From assembly GCA_028534125.1 (NCBI GenBank), contig CM052818.1, positions 42,100,001 through 42,164,000 of the forward strand: a DNA stretch of 64,000 nt, given 5' to 3'. This DNA comes from Lama glama (lineage: Eukaryota). Positions 1-13,400 of this stretch are shown one piece after another. The notes under the pieces are model-generated. The model searched no databases and was not told where the DNA came from. It saw only the letters and a program-made list of their open reading frames with translations. Within the stretch, counting starts at the first letter, position 1, and every line of letters starts with the position of its first letter. The position numbers were made by a program, and so were the translations under genes.

Positions 1-790
1 CTTTAATCAGTGTCATAATTTTCAGAGTACAGGTCTTTTGCCCCCTTAAGTAAGTTTATTCCTAGGTATTTCATTCTTTATGATGTGATGGTAAATGGAA
101 TTGTTTCTTTCATTTCTTTTTCTGATATTTCATTGTTAATATATAGAAATGCAACAGATTTCTACATATTGATTATGTATCCTGCAACTTTGCCAGATTC
201 GTTGATGAGCTATAGTAGTTTTCTGAAAGCATCTTTAGGATTTTCTGTGTATTATATCATATCTTCTGCAAACAGTGACAATTTTACTTCTTCTTTTCCA
301 ATTTAGTTTCCTTTTATTTCTTTTTCTTCTCTGATTGCTATGGCTAGCACTTAACAAAACTATGCTGAATAAAAATGGTGAGAGTGGGCATCCTTGTCTT
401 GTTCCTGATCTTAGAAGAAATCCTTTCAGCTTTTCCTCACTGAGTGTGATGTTAGCTGTGGATTTGTCCTGTATGGCCTTTATTATGTTGAGATATGTTT
501 TCTCCGTGCCCAGCTTCTGAAGAGTTTTTATCATAAATGGATGTTGAATTTTAACAATTTTTTTTCTGCGTCTATTGAGATGATAGTATGGTTTTTATTC
601 TTCAGTTTGTTAATGTAATGTATCACATTGATTGACTTTCAGATATTAAAAAATCCTTAGATTCCTGAGATAAATCTCATTTGATCATGGTGTAGGATCC
701 TTTTAATGCATTACTGAATTTGGTTTGCTAGTATTTTGTTGAGGATTTTTGCATCTATGTTCATCAAAGATGTTGGTCTGTAATATTCTT
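1..790 (-). mobile_element. LINE-1 ORF2 (reverse transcriptase region) fragment, degenerate
   Basis: ORF 235..534 gives [10 protein letters not shown]...[20 protein letters not shown], a hallmark L1 RT segment; frame disrupted. Confidence 0.93.
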
Positions 791-829
791 TTTAAATATA
801 TTTTTAATATCAATTTTCTTTCTTAATAC

Positions 830-1440
830 ATCCCTTTAAAAAATAATATGGTAAAATTCATATAACATATAATTTACCATTTGAACCATTTTAGAGTGTA
901 CAATTCAGTGGCATTTAGTATATTCATAATGTTGTACTATCTAGGTCCAGAACATTCTCATCACCCCAAAAAGAAGCCTCATGCCCATTAAGAAGCCACT
1001 ACCCATTTTCCTCTCTCTCTCCCAAACCCTGACAATCAATCTACTTTCCATCTCTATGGATTTGGCTACTCTGGGACATTTCAGTGGAATCATACAATAT
1101 GTGATTTTTTTTATGTGTCCTTCATTTTCATGTAACATAAAATTGTCAAGGTTCATCCATGGAACAACATGTACTTCATTCTGTTTTATGGCTGAATAAT
1201 GTTCCATTGTATGGATGGACCACATTTGGGTTATCCATTTATTAGCTGATGGACATTTGGGTTGTTTCTACCTTTTGGCTCTTGTGATTAATGCTGCTGT
1301 GAACTAGTGCAAGTTTTTGTTGAAACAGAACAATAAGAATTGTTTTCAATTCTTTTGGCAGAGACCTAGGAGGGGGATTGGTGGGTCATGTGCTAATTCT
1401 ACATTTAATTGACTGAGAAGACACCAGACTGTTTGTATTG
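830..1440 (-). mobile_element. Older L1 (L1M-type) 3' end
   Basis: ORF 941..1225 MWSIHTMEHYSAIK resembles the L1 ORF2 C-terminus; typical 3' UTR gtgtacaattcagtggcatttagtatattca. Confidence 0.85.
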
Positions 1441-3254
1441 TTCTTTGTACCTGCTAGGAAGTGGAGGAACAAGGAGATATTTTTCATTCAAAATTTCCAG
1501 GTCTGAGAAGACACTGAATTGACATCCTCAAGGGAGAGAGAAGGCCAAGAGCTGATAATACTCTGCCCCAGGCACCTAATTCCTGTTTTGTCCTCATTTT
1601 ACAGACTGAGAAGCCAAAGGACTTATAATCACACCAAATACATGCTTCAGGGATTTAAAACCTGAATCTTCAGACCATGGAATAATTTGTATCTTTCCAT
1701 CACCCCAGTGATGTGAGACTGGAGAAGAAATGGCATGAGTCCCCAGGGCCCTAAGAAGATCTTGACAACGTGTTAAATGACATCCCAAATAATGTCACAC
1801 AGCAGGGAAGTTGAGAGCCTGGTCAGTATCTGTCTGCTTTGACTCCCAGGGAGCCCGCAGGAGAGGGCACCCCGAAGTCCCCACTGGGCTGCAGCCAGGG
1901 AACAGCCAGCATTCCATTTACTCCCTTATTGGGAGAGGAGAGAGTGTGTTGGGGGAGGGGCAATTAGAAGAAAAGCAAAATACCTTAAACTGAAATGATT
2001 CCATGAAATTTGGAATGTGCAACTCCTGCATATGTATAGGGATCAATCCATTATGTAGATACCATGACTTCATTACAACTTAATCCTCTCACAGTCCAAA
2101 TTGTGGATAGTAAGAGACTCCGTTAAAGTTTAAGGGGTGTTGGCAAACTGATAAACTTAAAGTGCCCCAAGATTTGGTGAGCTGCCTCCTGCCCTTAGGT
2201 GCACATATGTGGGAAAGAAAACCTTCCACAGCCCCAGGCCATTTGGACTGCACACCACTTTCTGGCTTCGATCCACATCATTCTACTGCTCTCTTTGGAG
2301 GAAAACTCATGAGTTTTCTAAGGAAAATGCCTTCCTTTGGGAACAAAAAAGGGCAAAAGGAGAAAAGGTGTTTTGAGATAATGAGCAGAAGTTTGCCATC
2401 AACTTGATGCATGTCAGAATCTCCAAAGATGCGCTGTGTGCAGCCGACTCCCTTCTTTTAAGTCCTGTTTATGGTTGGTTAAGTAAGCAATGGAGTGATC
2501 TGTCACCTCCGCTCTCCAGCCGGTGAGCCGAGAGAGCAACAAGCCAATCTGATGTGAAACGATTTGGACAGTAAGTAAATAAATCCCACCTTGATAAGCT
2601 GGCCTCTGCTGCAGCTCTCCCACGGGCCCTAAACATTCTGATTAAGGACTGATGAGGGCTTCCCCGGGAGAGGCCAGATACTCCTCTTCCCTGGAGGTCC
2701 CTGCAAATAGAAGTTCACCTCATCTGTTGGCAACAGTTTAGGTGGAAGAGAGTAAGTGGGGAAGGAGGTGAACCAGGTGACCTTTTTAGTTCTCTTCCAC
2801 CAAGGAGTCTTAGAGACAATATCCAGTTTCCATCAAAGGCAACTAACTCAACTTTGGAGTGTGGGTCCAGCATAGGACTTACACCAAATTTCTGCTCAGC
2901 TGATGCACTGACGGACAGATAGACGTATGGAGGGAAGAAGGGAGTTTCAAGGTTGCTTTGCCCAAGCAGTTTTCATAAACCTAATTAAATGATCTGTCTG
3001 CTGTCTGAAAGGCAGATTACTGGAGCAGGACATATAAACACAAAATCACCACTTTATTAAGGAAGGAGTCTCTCTTCCTGTTTGGGGAATCTCCTGTGTT
3101 CCTGGTGGAAACTTTTTTTCCCCAGTGAGAGATGGAAATGTTTTATTTATGTGCAGCCTTTCCTAGGTTAATACCTATTTCCTAATCACTAAGCATTCTC
3201 AAACATTGCCCCAAACCAAGAAGCCATTTCCTTTAAAATGCCCCTAAACTAACA

Positions 3255-3390
3255 GCTTGCTTGCTTGCTTCTTTCTTTCTTTCCTTTTCTTTCTTTCTTC
3301 CTTTCTTCCTTTTTTCCTTTTTCTTTCTTTCTTCCTTCCTTTCTTCCTTCCTTCCTTCCTTCCTTCCTTCCTTCCTTCCTTCCTTCCTTC

Positions 3391-3457
<67 letters not shown>

Positions 3458-3497
3458 TCCTTCCTTCCTTCCTTCCTTCCTTCCTTCCTTCCTTTCT
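3255..3497. repeat. Compound pyrimidine microsatellite (TTCC)n(TTTC)n(TTCC)n
   Basis: Read directly; it explains the low-complexity ORFs at 3244-3571. Confidence 0.98.
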
Positions 3498-3599
3498 TCA
3501 GTGTTTTGAAATATCCCAAGCTCTTTCTAATGTTGTATCCCAAAGCTGAGCAATGTCCCTTGGCATCATGATTATGACCACATGTAACTCAATAGACAG

Positions 3600-3780
3600 C
3601 CAGATTGCCTGGATTTGAGTCCTGGCTCTACATTTATCAATCATATGGCCCTGGGTAGAGTGCCTCATTTTCCTCATCTGTACAATGGGGGTGATAATCC
3701 TTTCTAACTTGCAGGATTGTCCTGAAGCATAAATGAGTTCATCTATGTGAAGCCTCACAATAGTGAGGGTTTGCTATCTT
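3600..3780 (+). mobile_element. MIR SINE
   Basis: Core tgcctcattttcctcatctgtacaatggggg. Confidence 0.75.
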
Positions 3781-3814
3781 TCTTGCAACTCACAGCAGAT
3801 CAAAAGTTAACGAA

Positions 3815-3995
3815 GCTGTACAGCACAGGGAACTGTATTCAGTATCTTGTAATAACCTTTAATTAAAAAGAATGTGAAAACAAATACATGTGTGTGCGTG
3901 TGTGTGTGTGTGTGTGTGTGCATGACTGGGACATTATGCTGAACACCAGAAATTGACACATTGTAACTGACTATACTTCAATTTTTTAAAAAAAT
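3815..3995 (+). mobile_element. 5'-truncated L1 3' end with internal (TG)n
   Basis: cagcacagggaactgtattcagtatcttgtaataacc...tgtaactgactatacttcaa plus A tail; degenerate TSD-like taa(c/t)gaagc on both sides. Confidence 0.85.
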
Positions 3996-4729
3996 GTAAT
4001 GAAGCAGATTCAGCCCATTTGGCAGATGAAGAGGCTATAGATTTTCCAAGGCACGTGGTGAGGGGGCAGCCAGGCTCAGGCTAGAGCTCTGATGTCCTCT
4101 CCCTCCCTGTTAGGGCTTTCCCAGGAACCAAACTCATGCTCAACTGCTGTGTAATATTACTCACTATTGAGTGGGCTCATTGTGGGTCAAGGTTATTTAT
4201 TACTGAAAATTCCAAGAGAGCTTTGCCTGAAAATGAGAATTTCAGCTGTTGCACAGGTCCACAAAGATCGGACTCATCCAACAAAGCTCTCAGTAGAAGA
4301 GCCGTGTCGCACTCCCTTCCTCCTTTCCTGTTTGGATTCTGATTACAGTGGTTTTTCTTCATATCTTTCCCTCTTTCTTTTTCTTTTTTGACTACTAGGA
4401 AATTCACTTACTTTTCAGGAAAGTTTATGTTTCTTTAGATTATAATAGTAATACATTTTATAGTGTAGAAAACATGGGAAATCAGTGAAAAAAGAAAAAA
4501 ATGAACTATATATAATTCTATATATTCATTGTTTTGGTGTATTTATTCCTTTCATGTCTTTTTTCTATGCATGTGATAAGGAAACATACTTTTTTTCCTT
4601 TTACATAATTTGGATCTTCCTGGTGATAGTGGTTGTAGAAAGAGTGGTTTATGTAACATTTTGCAAGCATTTTGTTTATTTACCTTGTAAATGCTTTGAG
4701 GTTAATTAAACTTCAGATAAAATAGCAGA

Positions 4730-4920
4730 GAGCAAGGGTTAAAAGCAAGGCAGCTTGGGTGTGAGTCCTGTCTCTGGCACTTAGCAGCTGTGTGACTTCG
4801 GACAAGTTACTTACCTTTGCTGTGTATCAGTTATCCCTGGGTGAGTGGGTATAATAAAGGTACACGCCTCAGAGGGTGGACATGCCCATAGAATTAAATG
4901 AGCTAATGTTTGTACTCAAA
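4730..4920 (+). mobile_element. MIR SINE
   Basis: ggcacttagcagctgtgtgacttcggacaagttactt core. Confidence 0.7.
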
Positions 4921-5319
4921 AAATGTACTAGAAAGAAGCAAGAGAGGCATAAACTTGGAGCTTGGTGCTTTTATTTTGTTATCCTGGACTGCAGCTACAT
5001 TCCATATAGGACTTTTGGTTGCAACAGCAGACTCAGGCCAGTTGAAACCAAAACAGGATACTGAGTAGGAGGCCCTGTCTTCTGATGGGAAGGGCGTTTG
5101 GATGGTGACCACACTTCTCGAGCACCTACTATGTACCAGATACAGTAGGTATTTTAGGCACATTATGGCCATCATTTCATTTGTCCTAAGTTCCTCCTTC
5201 TTCTACATATTATGAAAGTGAGTCTCAGAGGGATTAAATGACTTGCTTAAGTTCACACAACTAAGAGGAAGTAGTGAAACCAAGATTCAGACCCACGTAT
5301 GACCGACTCCTCAGTGCAG

Positions 5320-6350
5320 CTCAGTCATTCGTTCACTCACTGAGTCACTCCCCTGTGATCCCTGTCAGCATGGAGCTTACAGTCTGGTCGGGGAGAAAGA
5401 CGTTTGTCCAGTCATCACACAAATACATGTGACGTTGCTGCTGCAATATAGGCTCCGAAGGAGAGCTCCGCGGTTCTCTGAGAACCTGTACTTGGGGTTT
5501 GACCTTGACAGGGAGGCCATGGATGATGCCCTCGAGGAGGTAATGCTTGCGGTGAGACGGGAAGTGTGAGTGGCGTTAAATGGGCCAGGCCTGGGGGTGG
5601 AGAGGAGAGATTCAGGAAGAGCAAACTGCAAAGTCTCTAAGGGAGACAGAAGCATGGCGTTGAGAGAGACTGACAGATGCCAAAGGATGTATCTGAAATG
5701 AGGGGGAAGAGGAGAAGGGTGGCGGCGGGAGACTCGCGAGAGGAAGGGGCAACTCGTGTAAGGGCTTTGAGTTAATAAAGGAGCTTTGACTTTCTCTTAA
5801 GGTCAACGGAAATCATTAAACAATTAAAAATAGACAGATGATACAGATTTCGTTTCAAAGAGCATGCTCTGGCTTCAGTGGGGAGAACATCTTGGGATGG
5901 GGGTGGGGTGGGAGCAAAAGTAAATACTGGTTCATCAGGCAGGGCCCATAGCAACAGTCCAGGTTGGCCATGGCAGTAGCTGGGATTAAGCACATGGAGA
6001 GAAGCGAACAGACTTGGGAGAGCTTTTGAGTTAAAATCTACAGACCTTGGTGGTGGGTTGCTATGGAAAGAGAGGGAGGGGGAGGGGTCAGGGATGGTGC
6101 CCGGGCTTCTGGCTTGTTTAGCTGAGACGATGCTGGTCTCTTCAGTGACCTGGAGAATATTGGGGATGATCAGATTTGAGAAGAACGATCATCAGTTTAG
6201 TTTTTGGACATGACAATTTTGGGGTGCTATGAAAATACCCCCCAAAGATGTTAAACAGGGAGTAAGATACAGAGGTCTGGAGGTATAAGAGACGTCTGGG
6301 ATGCAGTATTGTAGTGGGTACCATCATCTGTGGATGAAGGTTAGTGGGCA
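5320..6350 (-). mobile_element. L2 LINE fragment
   Basis: Purine-rich L2-type motifs, e.g. tttagtttttggacatgacaattttggggtgc, and cattcgttcactc at the 3' end. Confidence 0.7.
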
Positions 6351-7199
6351 TTTGTCATTCTTTTGGGCTGTCCCCCATCTGAACCCCCTTCTCATGTCTG
6401 GGGAATCCCTCATCTTAGGAGGCAAAGCCCACCTCCCACTGTAGAAGCTGAGAAGCTCTGCTTTGGGGTTGACCTACAATTCAGATCGAGGGCCATGTCT
6501 CCCAGGACCTCTGTGGCCCCACCAACTCCTGGTTTGGCTTGGCTTTGAAGTAGCTCCTTCTGCCACACAAGGGCCAGTCTTTCCCCTTTTTTTATAGCTC
6601 ATTAAACCAAGGTGTAAATGTCAAGAGAGAGGTTGAATATGGTTTGCTAAGGAGAATGAGCTGGGGGAGGAGTCAGGATGACTGGCTGTGCCAAGCTGGC
6701 CATGCGGCCTCAGCGAAGCCCTCCCACCCCTGCTTGGCCCCCCGCCTCCCTCCAGGAGGTGGCAGACCTGGGGCATCTCCAGGACCCTTACTGCCTCTAG
6801 TTGAGGTGCACTTGCCTTTAGAAGCTTAAGGACAAGCAGCCAAAGCAGTCACCTGGCTAATTCAGACAGAGGAATTATCTTACTGGAATGAGAAAGCAGA
6901 TTTTGTTTTCTAGCCCCAAATAATCAAGATTATTCATCCCCAAAGCTGTAAATATGCCACCCAAAATAGCAAAGAGTTGAAAAACATCAGCCCATCAGCA
7001 GATTTAAAACAAAGTTCCTTTTTTTTCTCATTAACAATAAATTTTTTTTTTAATTCTACATTTTCCCTCCGTATAAACTGCACTTCATTTTGCTTACCTA
7101 GACTAATGTAATAAAGTGGTCTCGGGGAGGTATAGTTACCGAAAATTGAGACAAAACAGAAGCAGTTTGGGCCCTGAGAGGTTTTGCCTGAATAATAGA

Positions 7200-7371
7200 C
7201 CGCACTGTCCAATAGAACCTTCTGTGATAACAGACTTTCTGTCCCGCGCTGTCATTTAGTAGCTACGAACAACATGTGGCCAGTGCAATTAAACAACAGA
7301 AATTTTAATTTTAATTAATTTAAGTGGAAATAGCCACACGTGGCTAGTGGCTGCTGTACTGGACAGGGCAG
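7200..7371. mobile_element. MER3-like hAT DNA transposon remnant
   Basis: Terminal inverted repeats ccgcactgtcc...ggacagggcag; internal tagccacacgtggctagtggct. Confidence 0.8.
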
Positions 7372-8269
7372 AATATGTTTGCAGCTAAGAGGACCTTACC
7401 ACGAACAAGGTACCCCCTGGGGTAAATGTGCATTTCCCAAAGTTAATCATTAGGAACTGGCTTTGGGACAGGGGATCGGGGGACGGGGACAGAATTCACT
7501 CTTTCCCTGTGCTGTGTGGGGGTTTATTAATTGTCTACACAATTGCTTTTGTAAAGGGACTACCTCTCTGAACCCAGAATTAGGAGCTCTGAATTTGAAG
7601 GCATTTATTAGGCTTAAATTTATGTGGTGTGAAATCTGTTAGATCATTTGCTCATCAGTGGGTTGTCTAGAAAAAAGACCCATCTACAAAGGGTTTGCAG
7701 GGCGAGGGTCACCGGTGTAATAAGAAACATACCAAGCCTGGCCTCCAGTGAAAGGCTGTGCTTTCAAGTCAATTTTGAGTTTGCGAAGTGGACTTTTGAA
7801 GACCTTGCCATTGGTAACATTTCCTCTCTTATTAAAAAAAAGAGAGAGAGAGAGAGGCTGAGAGCACAATTATTTTTCACTGTTGTTCAACTTAACCCAG
7901 AGGTAGAAGCCCCTAGTGGTTCACACTTGAAAGCACCGAGACCATGGGCCAGCCATGCTGGAGTGAAACCTTCAAAGCTAATAAGCAGAGGCTGGGATGC
8001 AATGAGAAATTTTGGTTCAAATTTGGACAAATCACGCAGTAGGACTGACCAACCAACCCCAAAGGCATGACTGCTAATTCACTGCAGTTTATGAGAAGTG
8101 ATAATCCATCTTGATTTGGAGTCCAGCTCATTCGTTCGACAAACACTGGGCATGGGTGGTGGGCAGGCTGTGGACCAGGTTCTGGGGAAATAAAGATGAG
8201 GAAGAGGCAGCTGCCGGCTAGAGGGGCTTATGGTGCAGGGAGAGAGCCTGGTGTAAATCAGATAGCATA

Positions 8270-8420
8270 CCGGGACCCATGAGCTTTGCCCCCCAAAACT
8301 CCTCTGATCCTGAGAACTTTGAAACACAGATTTCCAGCCCCTCTTCCCCCAATATTCTGATTCCCTAGGTCTGCGGTAGGTCCTGAGAGTGTGTATTTTC
8401 ATACAGCGCCCTTAGAAGAT
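8270..8420. mobile_element. MER5-like hAT remnant
   Basis: attctgattccctaggtctgcggtaggtcctgagagtgtgtatttt. Confidence 0.6.
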
Positions 8421-11400
8421 TCCTGTGAAAGGACAATTTGGGGGACTTTAACGAAGTCAGTGCATCGATCGTCTCTCCACCCAGAGTTCTTCCTCGTCAT
8501 CCCAGTCACGCCAACAAGGTCGGAGAAGGCACCCTGGACCCTCCCCCTCCTTTATCCACACCATCCAGCTGAGGATGCCTCCCAGAGGTTCCTTGCATCC
8601 TCCTTTGCCACCTCACACCTGGACTGTTGCCACAGCCCCTCTCCTCTCTCTTCAGTCTCTGCGCTTCCCTCTCCAAATTCATGCTCTGCAGAGTTGTCTG
8701 CATGACCTTCCTAAAACAGGAAATTACAGGGGGGTCATTCTTGCTTAAAATCACGTTGTGGCTCCCACTGCCCAAGAACCAAGGCCTCCTTGGCCTCTGG
8801 TGGCCAAGCCCCTGCCCTCTCCCCGACTCATTCCACATCCCTCGTTTTGGGCATGAGGGCTACTCTTTCACCTTAAAGGCTCACCCTCCTCCCTCACCGA
8901 CCCGTGCACCCTCTCCATGAAATCTTTCCAGCTCCTGCCAGATCTCATCATCTGCCCACCTGCCTCTGGCCAGAGCAAAGGCGGAGAGAAAGGGAGTGTG
9001 AATTGAGGCTGGGCGCAGCAAATGGTCCAAGGCGGCCTGGGAGGGAGGGCAGAGTGACGGTCACAGTGAGCGGGGAAATCAAGGGAGGCTGTGGGGTGGG
9101 GGTGGGGGAGCTTTTGTTTTGGAGGAATAGGGGAGAAACCTGGATGAGAGGAGCTTCACCCCGAGGAGCGGGGCACGGACAGCCCGGGATGGGGGTGCAG
9201 TCTGGTTACTTTTTTTGTTTCATGTCATATTTCCGAAAACATCAAAAATGTTTCAAAGTAAGGAAAAGAGAATAATGAAACTTCGTAAGTGTTCAGGGAT
9301 TAAGTGAATCTGAAACATCCTGTTCGTTTAAGGTTGGGGGAGAGGGGACCAGGGCTCCCGGCCAAGCTGGACACACTTTCCTTCCACCCAATCATGCAAC
9401 GTGTTATGTGCTGGAAGCCCTGGGCGCTGGGAGCGCAAAAACAGTGGATGATTCCGTGGGGACTGGAGGGCGGCGTGTGCCGGAGAGAGGGGAGGCTGAG
9501 TGGTCGGGGCTTCGATACCAGACCATAGAGCCTGGAGGCCACGGGCAGTCAGGCAGGGCTCATGGTGCAGGTGACAAGCTCAGACTGTGTTTTGAGAAGA
9601 GTGTGGTGGCAGCATCGTGGCCACAGGCCTGGTCAGGGAGGCTTCAGGACAGTGCACATGAGAACCATATCAGTTAAGCCAGCATGAGGCAGAGGTGGGC
9701 GGGGAGGAGAGGAAGGGAGAGGAGGTCCACAGGCCTTCCTTGGTGTCTGCGACCAAGGGGGCCGCCAGAGTCCATACCGGCTCCCTCCCAGCAAACCCCC
9801 AGCCCAACCCCCTCGCCCTCCCTTAATGCTAACCACCTGGCACCTGCCATCGGGGGCCTGACGCTGGCCAGGCCTCCTTGGGCACCTTTCATGTGACATT
9901 CCTCCCTCTTCGGCTTTCACAGGATGCAGGGTTGCTGCCCACGGTGCTGGGAGATGAGAAGCAGGCCCCGGGGTGGGGAGGGGTCCGCTGGGGACCTGGG
10001 CTTCCCGGGGCGGGGGGTGCAGCTCTGGTTCCTGCAAAACTCAGCCACTGGAGCCACACAGGAGGTGTGAAGGTCAAGGAGGGTTATTGGTGCAGTCACC
10101 TTGATGCCCCACCTGCAGCCACAGCACATCACTGAAGGTGACAGCGTCCATGCCTCTCCTGGGGACCCCGAACTGGCACGGTCGTCAGGCATGGGTGTCA
10201 CTGATGGATCCCTTCCTGGGACGCCCATCGCGCTTGCAGAGCATGGATGCAAAACCACTTGGTCTCGGAACAGGGAATGAAATTCAAAGTATTAGGCACC
10301 ACTATTAACGCTATTACTTTAGGGGGGAAGTTGTTCAGAAATTTATTAGTGATTTTAGGCGTAAATCTCTTACAGACAGGTAACCCATGAAGCAGGAAAA
10401 GAAGAGGGAATTGAGAGTCGGAGAGTGCCAGGTTCAAGTCCTGAGACTGACACTTAGAGCCAAGTGACCTCAGCTTCACTGTGGAAGCTAATTCCTCAAA
10501 GAGCAGAGGCAGTCATGCCTATTACGCCGAGGGTCGTGACGTTTCAATGAGACAAAGGCTGTGAGAAACTTCCGAGGAGGGCTGGTGTGGGGCGTTCGCC
10601 CCTTCCAAGTGTCAACCGCCCATCAGTGGCGTCCAGCACCCCATCCAGTTCCTCTCCCGACCTCAGCATGACCTCGGGACCTCTTTGAGTCCCTGTGCCA
10701 CAAAGGGTGATGATTCAGCTTGCGATGTGTCTCCCATCACACAGCCAGGACATGGCCACAGGTTTGGAACCTGGGGTGGTCACTCCACACCAACTTCACA
10801 GGCCACGTGCAAGGGTTAATTACTGCCGGGACCCGATCCAAAGCTGGGCCGCAGAAGATCCCAAACTGGGAGATGAGGCCTGGGAGGACGCGGGGTCTGG
10901 GTTCCCAGGGTGTGGGAGGCACACCCCCCGAGGGGCAGCAGGGAGGACCCGAGGGTGGTGTTGAATGTCTGTGGGAGTGTCTGAGTTCGCTGGTCATTTG
11001 GAACTGCTCCTCTCTGAGGGGTGATTGGGGTGATTTACGGGGCCACGGCGCTGGCTGCTGGCCTGTTTGATCTCTGGCCCGAGCGCGGAGCGCATTTAGT
11101 GCGGCCATCCCACCCCCACCCCGTGGGTCTCCCATGACATCCCGGCCCCCGACAAAGCGGTGGGGCCTGACTTACGGCCCCAGTGGGCAGGCAGAAGGGG
11201 CAGAGGTGGGAGGCGAAGGACGCTCTTCCGTATCATTTCCAGGCAGGCAGAGCAGTGGGGCAGGAAGAACACAGCTCTGAGTCAGACACATCAAAGCTCT
11301 AAGCCCAGGCCCGTACTGACCAATTGAGAGGCTCTGCGGGCATTTTTTGGTAACTCCCCATTTGTAAAGTGGAGGTGGTATGGCCTCTTTGGAAGAGATC

Positions 11401-12799
11401 TGGGGTCAATAAAAATAGATAATAAAAAAAAAATAGACAATGAGTCCAAGTCTCTGGTTTAGAGACGGCATTCACTGAAAGGTACCTGCCATTGTTGTTT
11501 CTATTCAGTCAGGAAAACTAGCCCTGTGACAATAGCCTGGTCCCTAAACATTGGCCCCAGTTTCTAGTTGTCTTTAGTTAAATGAAAGAGAGATTCGTGG
11601 GGGGTTCTTTCAAGGTGGCAAGTCAGCCAGCCCCCCTGCCAAGGGCCACGGGCAGCCCACGCTGGTGGACTGGCCTTTGGCTCTAAGTCTGCCCCGGGTC
11701 TGCGGTGTTCCCAAGCCCCCGGACCCCAGTCCCGCGCAGGAAGACAAGGAGGACTCCCGACCTGGTCAGACTTCAGAGCATCAGGCCACGTGAGCAGCAG
11801 CAGCAGCAGCGCCTGGTCAGAGTTCTCAACAATCGTGGCTGATGGATGCTTTAGGAGGGGACGAGGTGTCCAGGCGCAGAGAAGCCTCGCCGGCGAGCCG
11901 GAGAGCTGGCCGGGGCCCCGCCTGGGAGGTCAGTCTGTTTTAACAGGGAGGAAAAGCAAAGGCATCGCAGACGTGGCAAAGTGGGTGCCATGGAACCGCC
12001 ACCAACCCTCAAATCAGGGCCCACGGTGCCGAAGGGAGATAGTGGGGCACGCGGAGCCCAGGGTGGAAATTTAGACAGGCTGCCCCCCAACTGTGGGAGG
12101 ACTTTGCTCCCAGCCGCCACGTCCTGGGCTTCGCACACTTGTACAGGGCACAACACACATGCGTGCCCAGCAGTCCTGAGAATGTGGTCCCTGTTGGTTC
12201 ACTCATAGCCCGGTTTTGTGTCAAGACTCAGGTCTGTCTTTAACTCCCTGCTGAGCGGAAGTGGTGGCCCAGACGATCCCTCCTGCCCTTCCCGGTCAGC
12301 TTTCCGGGCTTTCCCGGGGGCTACACCGCCTCTAACTGTGTGCCCTCCCTGTGGAGCTGCTACAGGGAGAGACAGGCCCAGCCCCACCTTCAAGCACAGG
12401 CAGGGAGCTAGGCCCAGCGGAGGTGCTTGAGTGAATGGGTGACAGGCCACGTGGGACTGAGCTGGGAGAGACAGAGGCAACATATGAAAATGGAGAGAGA
12501 GAAAAAAATACTAGAGAATCAAGTTCACGTCCTACACGGGACAGCAGGCTCTGACGGGCGGGGAGGGAAGAGGAGGCCGGGGGTCCGGGGTAGCCCTGAC
12601 CTTCCCTCTCCCTGAGGGAGGCGGCCAGACACGGCTCCGGCGTCTCCCAGGAAAGGTAACCCAGAGATCAGATGGTCAGAACCGTGGTCCTTCACAAGGT
12701 GAAAACCAAAATAATTCAGGAGGATGAGAGCCATGGGGCCCTTGACGTGCTGGGAGCAGCACTGTCATCTCCAACAGAGTAAGCCACAGATTTGGGCCT

Positions 12800-13400
12800 A
12801 AGATGCCAATTATTGTCCAAGAAGAGGATGATCCAATGGCAGCTGAGCTGCTCCTAAGACTTGAGAGCTGTCAACACTTCAGGCGCCCTGAGGCTATATT
12901 ACTAGAGGTCAAACATCCAATTCCGAGGAGGTGAGGACCCTGCTTCATTCCACACCAGCCAGACCCTACTTAGAGCATTCCACAGGCCTAGATTCCACTT
13001 CTTATTACTGGAACATTTTCAGAGCAGTGACCAGGGCAAGGCGGCCCTTGACATCACACTAAAGGGTGAGAGTTGAAGGGGTGTTGGCTCTTTGGTCTGG
13101 AGAGAAGCCCAGGGGGATGTATTTCTAAAGGACTTGAAGTAGAGGGAGATTTATCTGGCTTGGGGAGGGGAGGTGGGTGACGGAGGGTGTGAAGAGCACT
13201 GGAGAGAATGACAAGAATCCACATTTCAACACAGAGTTGGAACTAGTCCAGCAGTGACACCATGGCCCCACACAGAGTGTGTTTCCCATCCCCAGAGGCA
13301 TGCAGCCGAGATGAGCAAATGCCACGTGGAAGGCTGGAGAGGGTGCCTGCGCAGTGGAGGGCTGAATCCTTCTCCTTTCCAGCATCTTTGAGCTGAGATT
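12800..13400 (+). mobile_element. L3/CR1 LINE 3' remnant
   Basis: Degenerate CR1-like motifs (cagaccctacttagagcatt...gagagttgaagggg...ggtctggagagaag). Confidence 0.5.

Noticed and set aside
1..790. Active L1 or domesticated reverse transcriptase gene
   Set aside because: Frameshifts and stops; only a truncated fragment
3244..3571. KERK/FLPS-repeat ORFs
   Set aside because: Translations of a microsatellite
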